From Candidatus Iainarchaeum sp. (GTDB lineage: Archaea > Iainarchaeota > Iainarchaeia > Iainarchaeales > GCA-2688035), in assembly GCA_017610175.1 (NCBI GenBank), contig JAFCCO010000004.1, forward strand, positions 18,206-82,205: a DNA stretch of 64,000 nt, given 5' to 3'. Of the stretch, positions 1-9,548 are shown one piece after another; within the stretch, counting starts at the first letter, position 1; each line of letters starts with the position of its first letter. The notes beneath the pieces are model-generated. The model was not told the origin of the DNA, did no database searches, and saw only the letters and a program-made list of their open reading frames with translations. The translations under genes and the position numbers were made by a program.

Positions 1-784
1 CAGCGGCAAACTTGATGAGATAACCTGTGAGGAAGACAATTACCTTTTGGTGCCCATTCTCGGCAGGGTTGAAACAGACAATATTTCCCTCCCGCTTTTC
101 ACAGTTGTACTCGCCGGCCTGGACGGCTTCAACCCGTGCGCAATCTGGGTTCTAATGTTTTTGCTTTCGCTGCTTATTTACAGCAAGAGCAGAAAGAGAA
201 TCCTTTTCATTGGGGGAATTTTTATTGCAACATCAGGCCTCATCTACTTCCTTTTTATGGCAGCTTGGCTGAACCTCTTCCTGTTTATTGGGTACACTGA
301 AATTATGCGCGTAATTATAGCGCTGATTGCACTCGCGTTCGGCGCAATAAACCTAAAGGACTTCTTTGCGTTCAAGAAGGGGCTTTCCCTGACAATTCCC
401 GACAGTGTAAAGCCAAAGCTTTTCAAAAAAATGCGTGACATAACAACCGCTGAAATGAGCCTTGGACTTGTCCTTACAACAGTTTTCCTCGCAGTATTCG
501 TTAATTTAATTGAGCTTGCATGCACACTTGGACTACCAGCAATTTACACAAGAATTCTTACACTGCAGAACTTCCCACCAATAATCTACTACCTTTACCT
601 TGCGGTGTACAATATTATTTATGTTATTCCACTTGCGATAATTGTCGGGGTGTTTGCGTATACAATGGGTGGAAGAAAGCTCTCTGAAAAAGAGGGTAGG
701 ATTCTAAAACTCGTTTCAGGAGCGTTGATGCTTACACTTGGACTGGTAATGCTTTTCGCACCGGAACTATTGATGTTCAGTTAA
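1..784 (+). CDS. CcdA/DsbD-like redox membrane protein (C-terminal part; 5' end outside window)
   Basis: Frame open from window start; several TM helices with DGFNPCA and ELACT Cys motifs. Confidence 0.7.
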   Translation, partial: SGKLDEITCEEDNYLLVPILGRVETDNISLPLFTVVLAGLDGFNPCAIWVLMFLLSLLIYSKSRKRILFIGGIFIATSGLIYFLFMAAWLNLFLFIGYTEIMRVIIALIALAFGAINLKDFFAFKKGLSLTIPDSVKPKLFKKMRDITTAEMSLGLVLTTVFLAVFVNLIELACTLGLPAIYTRILTLQNFPPIIYYLYLAVYNIIYVIPLAIIVGVFAYTMGGRKLSEKEGRILKLVSGALMLTLGLVMLFAPELLMFS

Positions 785-1518
785 GCAGCCATTCTGGCTT
801 TCAGGATATCAGCGGCAGTAAAAAGCTCTTCTGCCTTGTCCCATATGTTTCGTTTGCTGTAAAATTCACCCGCTGCAGCGTAGGCCCTGACAATTGTTTC
901 AGTAAATTCCTTGTTTTTGGCCGGGCCAGATCCCCTCAAAAGCCTGATTTCAGAATCCCGCGCAAAAGTTTCAAGAAGGCCAGCAACCATCCCGCTTTCC
1001 TTTTTCGGAACCGACGCAACAAGAAAACCAATCAACTGATTGCATTCCCCAAAGTTCTGTTTTCTCATCTTTCGCTTCAGCCTGTCCCACACAGCCAGAG
1101 TGCCGTCACTTAAGGCAAACCCGTGCCCCCTTCCAAACTTTGCCCTTTGCCCGATAAATTTCTCCTCTGCCGCAAGATTAAACTTTATCTTTGCCCTCTC
1201 GGCCTCAATCAATTGGATTACGCGTTTGTTTCTCTTGCCGGTAAATGCGCGGCTCATCAGGTTAGTTAATGCCCTGAACCGTTCTGCTCCACCCTGAGCA
1301 ACCTTTGGAATTGCTGCTATCTGGCGCCTGGCTTCGGCAACGGTTTCAAGCGGAAGCTGTTTTCTTGAAACAATTGGGATGCCACATTTTGCTTTTTGTT
1401 TTCGCCACTGCCTTAGCGAAACCCCTTCAGGCGGTTTGCGCTCCCGCCTTCTTCGCTCGCGTTTTCTTTCAAAAACTTGGGGGGTAATTTTTTTACCTGG
1501 TTTTTTTGGAATGGCCAT
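781..1518 (-). CDS. Hypothetical basic protein, Arg/Lys-rich N-terminus, helical C-terminus
   Basis: Long ORF filling the gap between flanking genes; no family recognised. Confidence 0.55.
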   Translation of the reverse strand: MAIPKKPGKKITPQVFERKRERRRRERKPPEGVSLRQWRKQKAKCGIPIVSRKQLPLETVAEARRQIAAIPKVAQGGAERFRALTNLMSRAFTGKRNKRVIQLIEAERAKIKFNLAAEEKFIGQRAKFGRGHGFALSDGTLAVWDRLKRKMRKQNFGECNQLIGFLVASVPKKESGMVAGLLETFARDSEIRLLRGSGPAKNKEFTETIVRAYAAAGEFYSKRNIWDKAEELFTAADILKARMAA

Positions 1519-1581
1519 GTTCTCCAAAAAAATAATGGCGTTAGCTTGTATTTAACACTTTGCAGTTTTCGCAAAACCGCT

Positions 1582-2331
1582 TTAAAAGAATTTGTCTATT
1601 GTTGCCTGTTTCTTTTCAATGCCCTTTATTTTCGCCTTTGGATTGCCTATTTCAAACTCAAAGTTGTAGAATTCAAGACCGTTGTTCTGCAAAAGCTCCA
1701 TTGCATTCTTACCAATGCTTGGTGCAAGAAGGAGCCCGCGGCAGTTCTTTCCCTTTATTTTGGAGGCCTGCTGGACATACCTCTTAAGCTGCATGACCGC
1801 ATTGTAATCTGCCTGGCGTCTCTTAAGCTCAATTACAACAATATTCCCTTTGGCGTCCTCTGCCAAAATGTCCACAACCCCTTTTCTGAAAACCTCTTCC
1901 TGATTAAGCGGTTTTAGGCCTGGTTCCAAAAAAGAAAGGTCCTGCATTAGTTCATCACTTAGCTCGCGCTCTGAACCAAACAGCCGCAAATCAGCGGATT
2001 CCCTTATTGGATACGAGTGCAAACCGTCAACCGAGTAAAGCAGAACCTTTATTGTTTCCTTTGGATTTGTTTTCTTTGCCTGAAGCACAAGTGCAGAATC
2101 TTCAATGTTGCATGAAATGCGTGCGTCCATCATATAATTGGTCGGGCGCAGCAGCCTGTTTTGGTGAATTGCAATTGAATTGTCTCCCTTGATTAAAAGA
2201 AGCCTTTTCCCGCACGGAAGCTTGGATGCAGCCCTACCCCAGTATTCAACATAGCACTCTCCAATAACCATTAGCATGTCCTTTCGGGAGATTGCCTCCG
2301 CTATCTGTTTCTGAGCCTGCTCCAACCGCAT
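1582..2331 (-). CDS. nucS: Endonuclease NucS/EndoMS
   Basis: VEYWGRAAS, RLLLIKGDNS, PTNY, VDILAED...VIELKR, QLKRY motifs. Confidence 0.92.
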   Translation of the reverse strand: MRLEQAQKQIAEAISRKDMLMVIGECYVEYWGRAASKLPCGKRLLLIKGDNSIAIHQNRLLRPTNYMMDARISCNIEDSALVLQAKKTNPKETIKVLLYSVDGLHSYPIRESADLRLFGSERELSDELMQDLSFLEPGLKPLNQEEVFRKGVVDILAEDAKGNIVVIELKRRQADYNAVMQLKRYVQQASKIKGKNCRGLLLAPSIGKNAMELLQNNGLEFYNFEFEIGNPKAKIKGIEKKQATIDKFF

Positions 2332-2385
2332 GATATAAGGGATGGGGCAAAGATTTAATAAAAAGAAAGCCGTTTTTAATTGCGA

Positions 2386-2664
2386 ATGGATGCAACTGAT
2401 TTTGCGATAGGAATTGCCCTTGTTGGAATTATTGTGTGGGTGTCGATTATTGCACTCAACCTTAACGTAGCCAGTGCGGAGATTGCAGACCTGTATGTGC
2501 TCACAGCCCTTAACAAGCCGTTGATTTCAGTGGAAGAGGCTTGCCCAATTCAGGGTGGCTTTGAGCTTGTTGAGCCAAAAGGGTTTGATGCAGCACCGTA
2601 CTATATCCTGTCGGGAAGAAATGATTTCAACCAGACTTACTTCTGCTTTTATAGGAAGACCTAG
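2386..2664 (+). CDS. Small membrane-anchored hypothetical protein
   Basis: N-terminal hydrophobic helix; fits gap behind a TATA-like element. Confidence 0.5.
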   Translation: MDATDFAIGIALVGIIVWVSIIALNLNVASAEIADLYVLTALNKPLISVEEACPIQGGFELVEPKGFDAAPYYILSGRNDFNQTYFCFYRKT

Positions 2665-2984
2665 CGCTGAATGTACTTTGTGCCGGATTCAAGGCAGTTT
2701 TTTGCAATCTCAAGCTCTGATGCAATATACCCCATGTGCTCCAGGCCAACAAGCTTTCTGGACGTAATTTCCTTAATCATTTTCTCAATATTGGTTCCCC
2801 TGAATTCAACTGCCATTTTGTGGCTGTTGTTAACAAAGCCACAGCAAACCAGCCCGTTCTCCAGCTTTACCAAAAAATAGCCGTTGGGGTCCTGCCTCCA
2901 GGGAAATTCAAGGGAGTCAACCTCCACAATTTCCCTGTCCTTTGGAATATCAACCGGGTGTGATGGGCATTTTGTATCTGCCAT
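2661..2984 (-). CDS. DUF4346-like protein
   Basis: QDPNGYFLV and HMGYIASELEIA...YIQ motifs; start moved to ATG at 2984. Confidence 0.7.
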   Translation of the reverse strand: MADTKCPSHPVDIPKDREIVEVDSLEFPWRQDPNGYFLVKLENGLVCCGFVNNSHKMAVEFRGTNIEKMIKEITSRKLVGLEHMGYIASELEIAKNCLESGTKYIQR

Positions 2985-3019
2985 AAAATTACCACTCAAC
3001 AATTTCCGCAAAACAATAT

Positions 3020-4090
3020 TCACCGCAAAGGAATTAATTCTTTTGGCGCAGAACTCAGTTTTCTGCACTTTCTCTTTCCAATCACCACATCGTCCTCAAT
3101 TCTTACCCCAAAACCCCTGAGGTAAACCCCTGGTTCCACCGTCAAAACCATCTTGTTCAGCATGTGCTCCTTTGATTCCGGAATAAATCCCGCAGGCGAA
3201 TCATGCACATTCAGGCCAAGGCCGTGGCCCATTCCGTGAATTAATTCCTGCCCCGCATTTCTTTTGAGGAATGAGGAAACCTGCTCGAACACATTTCCCG
3301 CAGAAATTCCCTCAACGCACAGCGCTTCACCAAGGCTTTTTGCCTCGTAAACTATGTTGTAGAGGTCGCGCTGTGCCCTGGTCGGCTTTCCAACGGAGAA
3401 AACCCTTGTAAGGTCCCCGCAGTATCCCTTGAACTTTGCGCCGCAGTCGATTAGCACAGGCCCCTTTGTTATTTTGGAATCATTGGGAAAGTGGTGCGGA
3501 AAAGAGGAATGCCTTCCTGAAGCAACAATCACGGGAAATGCTATGTTGTCCTTGCTTTTTTCCCGAAGCCTAAATTCTATTTCAAGCGCAAGCTTTCTTT
3601 CAGTCATTCCTTTTCTGAAAAAGGAGGGCACTTTGCCCAGAACCCTTTCGGTTATGCGCGCGGCCTTTGCAATCCTTTCAATCTCCCACTTTTCCTTGAT
3701 TGCCCGCACTTTGGACAACTGTTCTGAAACATCCACAAACCTTTTTCCGGGAAGTGCCTTTTTGAGGCGCTTGAGCATTGCTGCAGGGTAAAGCGACATG
3801 TTTATTCCAATTCTTTTCCCGTCGAGTTCGCGGTTTAGAATTGCCTCCATCTCGCGCCTTTTCTTAACGGTTTTGATTCTAATGTTTTTTCTTTTAATTT
3901 CAGGATCCAAAACTGTGCGAACCAAAAGGGGCTTTCTTTTGGGGGCAAGAAAGAGGACGTTGTTGTCAATTTTTCCGGGCGCGATTCCCGAGAAATAAAA
4001 GAGTGACGGCTCAAACCCGCTGGGGAATGTGCGCAGCAGGATTTTGTCTACGCCTGTCTCGCTAAACAGCTGTTTTATTTTTTGCTTCAT
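3020..4090 (-). CDS. Xaa-Pro aminopeptidase (M24B)
   Basis: IDCGA, GDLTR, HGMGHGLGLNVHD, TVEPGVY, RIEDDV metal ligands. Confidence 0.93.
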   Translation of the reverse strand: MKQKIKQLFSETGVDKILLRTFPSGFEPSLFYFSGIAPGKIDNNVLFLAPKRKPLLVRTVLDPEIKRKNIRIKTVKKRREMEAILNRELDGKRIGINMSLYPAAMLKRLKKALPGKRFVDVSEQLSKVRAIKEKWEIERIAKAARITERVLGKVPSFFRKGMTERKLALEIEFRLREKSKDNIAFPVIVASGRHSSFPHHFPNDSKITKGPVLIDCGAKFKGYCGDLTRVFSVGKPTRAQRDLYNIVYEAKSLGEALCVEGISAGNVFEQVSSFLKRNAGQELIHGMGHGLGLNVHDSPAGFIPESKEHMLNKMVLTVEPGVYLRGFGVRIEDDVVIGKRKCRKLSSAPKELIPLR

Positions 4091-5865
4091 TAGACCACGA
4101 GGTTTCCCTTGCGCATTATCCAGATAATTTCTTTTTTGGGGGTTTCAACCCAGATGTCAACCTTCTGCCTTGGGCAGTTGAGGACAATGTCACTGTGGTA
4201 TGTTGTTTCGCGGCTTGGCTCATAACCGGAACCAAGGGCGATGTGCATCATTTTTGCAATCTTCTCGGTTTCAATCAGGTAGCGTGAAAGCTTTGCCTTT
4301 GGGTTTGTGTTTATGGCAAACTCGCCGACCATATCAAAGTTCCTGCGGTAAGTGTTAATTATGCTTTTCGGGGTGCTCTTGCTTTTTGCAAGGATGTTAA
4401 TCATTTTCTTGGCCTCGCTTTTTCTTTTTTTAAGCGCGGCAAGAATTTTCTTCGGGCCTGAAACAACGCGGTACTTGCCATCCTTGATTTTTACAACCAG
4501 GGGATTTTTGTTCCCAATCACATAACTTTGGTCAACGTTGATTACCACATCCCCAATGTATGTCCCGTTCAGCCCGTAAGGGGTCCAGAAAACCTCCCCG
4601 CCGGGAAAGTTTCCGTAGCGCCCGCTTTTCATCTTGAATATTCCGGCCGACTCGTGCGGAGTGCTTGGGTTTACCTCTATGTCCGAGCCAAGCACAGGGC
4701 TTTTTTTCTCAAGAATTCTTGTAAGGTCAACTGTAAGTTCGGTTCTGCCCTGCTTTATTTCCTTTCCGCGAACAAACAGGGTCTTGCCTTTCTTTACAAT
4801 TGACGCAATCTTCTGGTCAATCTTTCTTAACTTGTAATAATCGATGTAGCATGTGCGAATAAAGCTTTCAAGCGGAAGCGTTCCGGTTATTGCAAACCTT
4901 GTTTGCGGTTCCCTGTTATCTATTTTGGTTTGTTCATACCAAAACGGCTTGAGGAACATTGTCCCGGGACCCTGCCACCTGCTTTTCCTGTTGGGGGTGG
5001 GGTATCCTATGGTCATTCCAAAAAAGTGCTTGCCGCCATAGCCCCTGCCGCTTACGCCAAACGCCGCCTGGTTTGGCTTGAGCTTTTCAAAGCGCATGAG
5101 TTTTGAAAGCTTTTTGAATTTTTTGAAAACAGGCTCGTTTATGTTCTTGTCATATTCGCAGCCAACAAGAGTTGATGAAAGGTCTGAAATGCGGTTCATT
5201 TTTTCAAGCTGTGACATTTTTGCAGTGCTTGAGCCAAGTGAAATCCTGGTGCATTTCTTTTTTGCGGCAATGGCCATTGCCCGGCCTATAACAAAATTGT
5301 CGAGGTAGTCATCCAGGGGGAGAAGAAGGTCCTTTTTTGTGGGAATCAATTCAAAGGAAACCGAGAAGCGTTCGCGTTTCTTGAGGGCATAGCCCTGTTC
5401 AAGGATGCGTCTGCATGTGGCAAGGGTTTCTTTCCACTTTCTTTTCTTGAACCACTTGAGTTCAAAGCCAAGCTCCCGCTCATCAAAGAAAAAATGCTTT
5501 CCTGAAGCCGTTATTAGGTGGTCGGGGGCCTTGAAAAGCTTTTCAAAGTACTTGCTTTTCGATTTTTTGTTAACTTCCTTAATGAATTCGTCCAACGCCT
5601 TCTTCTTTTGCCCTTCATCCAAAAGATAGGTGAGCCAAGTGCGCTTTAGGGCCTCAAGGCTCTCGCTTTTCTTGTCTATTACAAACAGGTTCATTTCCGC
5701 GCCCAGCTCGTGGATTGCACGGCTTAGGGGCGCAACAGAGTAGAATGCCTTTTCATTTGAGATTGGAAACTCCACAAGGCAAAGCTGTCCCTTTTTCAGC
5801 CTGCCTTTAAGGCCGTGCTTGTATGCCGCAACAGCTTTTCCAAACGCTTTTTGCCTGTATTTCAC
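4090..5865 (-). CDS. M29/aminopeptidase-T-like metallopeptidase with long N-terminal extension
   Basis: GNFPGGEVF, VGEFAINTNP, TEK...HIALGSG, HSDIV in the C-terminal half. Confidence 0.7.
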   Translation of the reverse strand: MKYRQKAFGKAVAAYKHGLKGRLKKGQLCLVEFPISNEKAFYSVAPLSRAIHELGAEMNLFVIDKKSESLEALKRTWLTYLLDEGQKKKALDEFIKEVNKKSKSKYFEKLFKAPDHLITASGKHFFFDERELGFELKWFKKRKWKETLATCRRILEQGYALKKRERFSVSFELIPTKKDLLLPLDDYLDNFVIGRAMAIAAKKKCTRISLGSSTAKMSQLEKMNRISDLSSTLVGCEYDKNINEPVFKKFKKLSKLMRFEKLKPNQAAFGVSGRGYGGKHFFGMTIGYPTPNRKSRWQGPGTMFLKPFWYEQTKIDNREPQTRFAITGTLPLESFIRTCYIDYYKLRKIDQKIASIVKKGKTLFVRGKEIKQGRTELTVDLTRILEKKSPVLGSDIEVNPSTPHESAGIFKMKSGRYGNFPGGEVFWTPYGLNGTYIGDVVINVDQSYVIGNKNPLVVKIKDGKYRVVSGPKKILAALKKRKSEAKKMINILAKSKSTPKSIINTYRRNFDMVGEFAINTNPKAKLSRYLIETEKIAKMMHIALGSGYEPSRETTYHSDIVLNCPRQKVDIWVETPKKEIIWIMRKGNLVV

Positions 5866-5876
5866 AGTAAAAACCC

Positions 5877-6041
5877 TTATTTTTTCTTCAACAGCGGAAG
5901 GCCTGTTATAGTGTTTTCAACAACAAGGTAACCCTCGGGAAGATCAATTCCTTCCTCCGGCTTCTTTGAAAAGAAAAACAGTTTTCCCCTTTGGTGCAGG
6001 TAATATGTTTTCCCTCTGCTGTTCTCGTGTTCGTATCCCAT
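5877..6041 (-). CDS. Small hypothetical protein (54 aa)
   Basis: GGAGG SD upstream of ATG 6041; TYYLH...FFFSK...TGLPLLKK. Confidence 0.7.
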   Translation of the reverse strand: MGYEHENSRGKTYYLHQRGKLFFFSKKPEEGIDLPEGYLVVENTITGLPLLKKK

Positions 6042-6120
6042 AAAAAAAACCTCCGAAAAAACACTCAATATAATTAGCCTGTTTCAATTATTAAACCTTT
6101 TCCCACTTCAAAACAATTGG

Positions 6121-7206
6121 ATGAAACGCACACTGGAAGCAAGGTTCAAAGATTTTTGCCTTGGTTTGAGCAAGAAGGATCGGGTCGCAGTACTGCACCA
6201 TTCGGATCCGGACGGATTTTGTTCAGGGCTTATTGTGATGAAAGCCATTGAAAAGCTTTCGGGAAAAAAACCTGTTCACATCGCACATTATGAGTATGCA
6301 AATGAAAAGCAGGCGCGTGAATTTGCGCGCGCAGTCAAAAAGAAAAAGCTCAACAAACTTGTTCTCGTGGATATTGCAATTGACGGAGACATTCAGCGCA
6401 AAAGAATCATCAAGCCTTTTGACCGTGCGCTGATTCTTGACCACCACAAAATTTATGAGGACTTAAACAGCGAAAAAGTTGTTTTTCTGAAGGCCGGGTG
6501 GTTTTCAAAAAAGGACCCTGCACAGTATGCATGCAGCAAATTCTGCTTTGACATGTTTGGAAAGGTAACAAATGTTAGCGCGTTCGACTGGGTGGCCTGT
6601 GTTGGAATTCTCGGGGACATGGGCTTTGAAAGCTGGAAAAGCTTTGTGAAGAAAACAATGGTGAAAAGAAAACTTAAGCTTGACCAGCTTAATTTCCTTC
6701 TCGAAATGATTGCGGCAACCGAGGTTATGGCCGGAAACAGGATGAACTCCCTGCTTAATGAATTCTACAAGGCAAAAAACCCAAAGTCACTGCTCAAAAG
6801 CAGCTTTGTAAAATATATCAAGGCAGTGAGGTGTGAAAGGGACCAGCTTGTTGCGGGCTTTGACAAAAGGGCAGAATACATCCCTGAAGTCGATTTGTTT
6901 GTTTACGAATTTGTGGTGAAAAGAGACGGAATCAAAAGCTATGTCGTGAACGAAATAAGCCAGATTCACCCGAACACAAATGTTGTTGTTATACAGGATT
7001 CAAAACGCGGGGACTTAAGAATAAGCGCAAGAAGGCAGGATTACAAGGTTAGGATGAATGAGCTAATGGAGAAGTCAATTCACGGAATTCCAAAATCAAA
7101 CGCAGGCGGGCACATTCCTGCGGCTGCCGCAAGAATTCCAAAAAAGTTTAGGGCAAAGTTTCGCGCAAATATGATTAAGGTTTTGAAGAAAATGAAAAAA
7201 AAGTAG
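6121..7206 (+). CDS. DHH/DHHA1 phosphoesterase (RecJ-like)
   Basis: HHSDPDG, LVD, LDHH, ISAR, GGH motifs. Confidence 0.88.
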   Translation: MKRTLEARFKDFCLGLSKKDRVAVLHHSDPDGFCSGLIVMKAIEKLSGKKPVHIAHYEYANEKQAREFARAVKKKKLNKLVLVDIAIDGDIQRKRIIKPFDRALILDHHKIYEDLNSEKVVFLKAGWFSKKDPAQYACSKFCFDMFGKVTNVSAFDWVACVGILGDMGFESWKSFVKKTMVKRKLKLDQLNFLLEMIAATEVMAGNRMNSLLNEFYKAKNPKSLLKSSFVKYIKAVRCERDQLVAGFDKRAEYIPEVDLFVYEFVVKRDGIKSYVVNEISQIHPNTNVVVIQDSKRGDLRISARRQDYKVRMNELMEKSIHGIPKSNAGGHIPAAAARIPKKFRAKFRANMIKVLKKMKKK

Positions 7207-7208
7207 TT

Positions 7209-8162
7209 TTAGCCCCTTACTTCCCTTTTTTGCGGCTCAACAAATTTCATTCCAAGCGCCTTGAAAACCTCTTCCTCGGTTTTGCCTGCAACAACTTCCT
7301 CGCCCCTAAACAGGCCGTACTCATTTAGCTTAAGCCCTTTTTTGATTGCAATTCTTCTTATGGATATGTTAAACTGCTTGCTGCCGGTAAAATAAAGAAG
7401 GGCCGCTCCCCACTGCTCGGGCTTTACCGCACGAAGGTCAACCTGAATCCCTTCGCCTGTCCTAATGCTTGACTTTGTGGACCCCTTCATTATAACCTCT
7501 GAAACAGGCTTTAGTGAAGTGAAAAGGTCCATCACTTTCTTCGGCTTGGTTGTTGAAACAAGAACATCCACGTCCCCGATTGTTGGTTTCATTCTGCGAA
7601 CCGAACCCGCAATCTCAATTCGTTTTACGGCCCTGCTTTTTTGCATCGCCGACTTGAATGTTTTGGCCGTTGCAATCGCTTCGGCAAGGGGAATTCTCCC
7701 GCCTGACTCCGCAATCGCGATGTTTTTCAAAATCTGTGCCTCACTTTTCTCACCAAAGCCCTCAAGCCCGCTTATCTTGTGCTGCTCTGCCGCTTTCTTC
7801 AAAGACTCAATGTCTTTGACCCCAAGCTTTTCAAAGAGAATCTTTATTTTTCTTGGGCCAAGCCCTGGAACGCGATTGAGTGAAGCAATGTCAACCCCTG
7901 ATTTTTTGCGAAGCTTGGCAAGGCTCTCCACCGCCCCTGTTTCAATGAACTCAATTATTTTTTGGGCGAGCGCCTTTCCAACCCCTGGAATTGCTTCAAG
8001 CGCCTTTTCTCCACCGCGCTTGTAAATTAGTTCAACCGGCTCGGGAATGTTTTGCAGGTTAATTGCCGCAGTGCGGTAAGCTCGCGGTTTCCACGCAACA
8101 TTCTGCATTTCAAGAATGTCGGCTATTTCAAAAAATATTTTTGCTAAAGCCTCATTTAGCAT
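7209..8162 (-). CDS. polX: Family X DNA polymerase lacking PHP domain
   Basis: HhH motifs, AGSVRR, GDVDVL, VDLR, YFTGSK; ends where the PHP domain would begin. Confidence 0.9.
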   Translation of the reverse strand: MLNEALAKIFFEIADILEMQNVAWKPRAYRTAAINLQNIPEPVELIYKRGGEKALEAIPGVGKALAQKIIEFIETGAVESLAKLRKKSGVDIASLNRVPGLGPRKIKILFEKLGVKDIESLKKAAEQHKISGLEGFGEKSEAQILKNIAIAESGGRIPLAEAIATAKTFKSAMQKSRAVKRIEIAGSVRRMKPTIGDVDVLVSTTKPKKVMDLFTSLKPVSEVIMKGSTKSSIRTGEGIQVDLRAVKPEQWGAALLYFTGSKQFNISIRRIAIKKGLKLNEYGLFRGEEVVAGKTEEEVFKALGMKFVEPQKREVRG

Positions 8163-8202
8163 AATGCAAAACCAAGGGGTTTTTTTGTATTAAATTATTG
8201 CC

Positions 8203-8472
8203 TTAATCAAATGCCTTCCTTTTTTCGAAGGTTTCCGCACACTTCAGGCTGCAGAAGCTGACCATTTTCCCGTTAATTTCCCTTTCAACTATGTGGGCAA
8301 GGTCTATTTGCTTTTTGCAGGCATTGCACTCAACCCACTTTGTGTCCTCATACCCTTCCATAAAACCCGCTTCCGCAGGGGTTATTTCACTGTCGTCAAG
8401 CTGGTCCTCTCGCTCTTCCTTGTTGTAAATGTTTTCGTCCGGGGCTTCCTCTTCCCTTTTTTTATCAGTCAT
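8203..8472 (-). CDS. Acidic protein with C-terminal TRASH/YHS-like Cys motif
   Basis: CxxC...FCSxxC; GGAGG SD. Confidence 0.65.
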   Translation of the reverse strand: MTDKKREEEAPDENIYNKEEREDQLDDSEITPAEAGFMEGYEDTKWVECNACKKQIDLAHIVEREINGKMVSFCSLKCAETFEKRKAFD

Positions 8473-8542
8473 TTCAATTCCTCCTCAAAATATGATTAGG
8501 TACAAATAGTTAATAAAAAGGGTTTGTGGTTTAATAAAGCTT

Positions 8543-9121
8543 ATGGATGTATTTGAGGCAATTTCCGGAAGAAGAACTGTCAGAATATTTCTTGAAAAAG
8601 CAGTGGGGTTTGAACTGCTTGAAAAGTGCGTTGACGCCGCACGCATTGCCCCCTCGGCAAAAAACAAGCAGGAACTTGATTTCATCGCAGTAAATAATCC
8701 CGAAACTGTTGAAAAGATAAATGCCGCCGCATTCTTCGGCGGAGTGGTTTATGAAAAGGGACGCGTTAAGGGAGAGGAACCGAAAGCGTTTATTGTAATC
8801 GTTTCAAACAAGGAAAGGGCAAGCGAAGACTACACACTTACAAACGCGGGAATTGCCGCAAACACAATTGCACTTGAGGCATTTGAATTGGGCCTTGGAA
8901 CATGCATAATGGGTGCGATTGAAAGGGACAAAATAAGGGAAATCCTTTCAGTGCCAAACGGGTTTGATATACCGCTTGCAATTGCAATTGGCTACCCAAA
9001 AGAAAAGCCTGTTATGGAAGAAGCCAAGGAAGGCAATCTAAGGTACTGGATTGATGAAAACAGCGAGATTCACATTCCAAAAAGAGCATTGAAAGAAGTG
9101 CTGCACAAGGACAGGTTTTGA
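8543..9121 (+). CDS. Nitroreductase family protein
   Basis: RRTVR, APSAKNKQ, GLGTC, IAIGYP. Confidence 0.9.
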   Translation: MDVFEAISGRRTVRIFLEKAVGFELLEKCVDAARIAPSAKNKQELDFIAVNNPETVEKINAAAFFGGVVYEKGRVKGEEPKAFIVIVSNKERASEDYTLTNAGIAANTIALEAFELGLGTCIMGAIERDKIREILSVPNGFDIPLAIAIGYPKEKPVMEEAKEGNLRYWIDENSEIHIPKRALKEVLHKDRF

Positions 9122-9126
9122 TCAAA

Positions 9127-9543
9127 ATGAAATTCAACAAGCTAATTCCCGAATTAAGCGTTTCAGACATTGAGAAAAGCCTCTGGTTTTACGCAGATGT
9201 TCTTGGCTTCAAAATAGAGTACAGGAGAAAGGAAGCGGGATTTGCTTTCATTTCATACAAAGGAAGCCAGCTGATGATTGAGCAGGTGAACGGGAAATGG
9301 GAAACCGGTCCCTTGGAAAAACCGTTCGGGCGGGGAATAAATTTCCAGATTGAAACAGATGAAATTGATTTGCTTGTTAATGGACTTAAGAGCCACGAGC
9401 TTGAGATTAAAATGATGCCAAAAGAGAATTGGTACCGAAAGGGAAACGAACTTGTTGGAAACCGCGAGTTTCTTGTAATGGATCCCGACGGCTATCTTTT
9501 AAGATTTGCTGAGGATCTTGGATACAAGCCAGTGCAGAAATGA
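9127..9543 (+). CDS. VOC/glyoxalase (bleomycin-resistance-like) protein
   Basis: PELSVSDIEKSLWFY..VLGF, GRGINFQI, REFLVMDPDGY. Confidence 0.88.
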   Translation: MKFNKLIPELSVSDIEKSLWFYADVLGFKIEYRRKEAGFAFISYKGSQLMIEQVNGKWETGPLEKPFGRGINFQIETDEIDLLVNGLKSHELEIKMMPKENWYRKGNELVGNREFLVMDPDGYLLRFAEDLGYKPVQK

Positions 9544-9548
9544 CCAAT

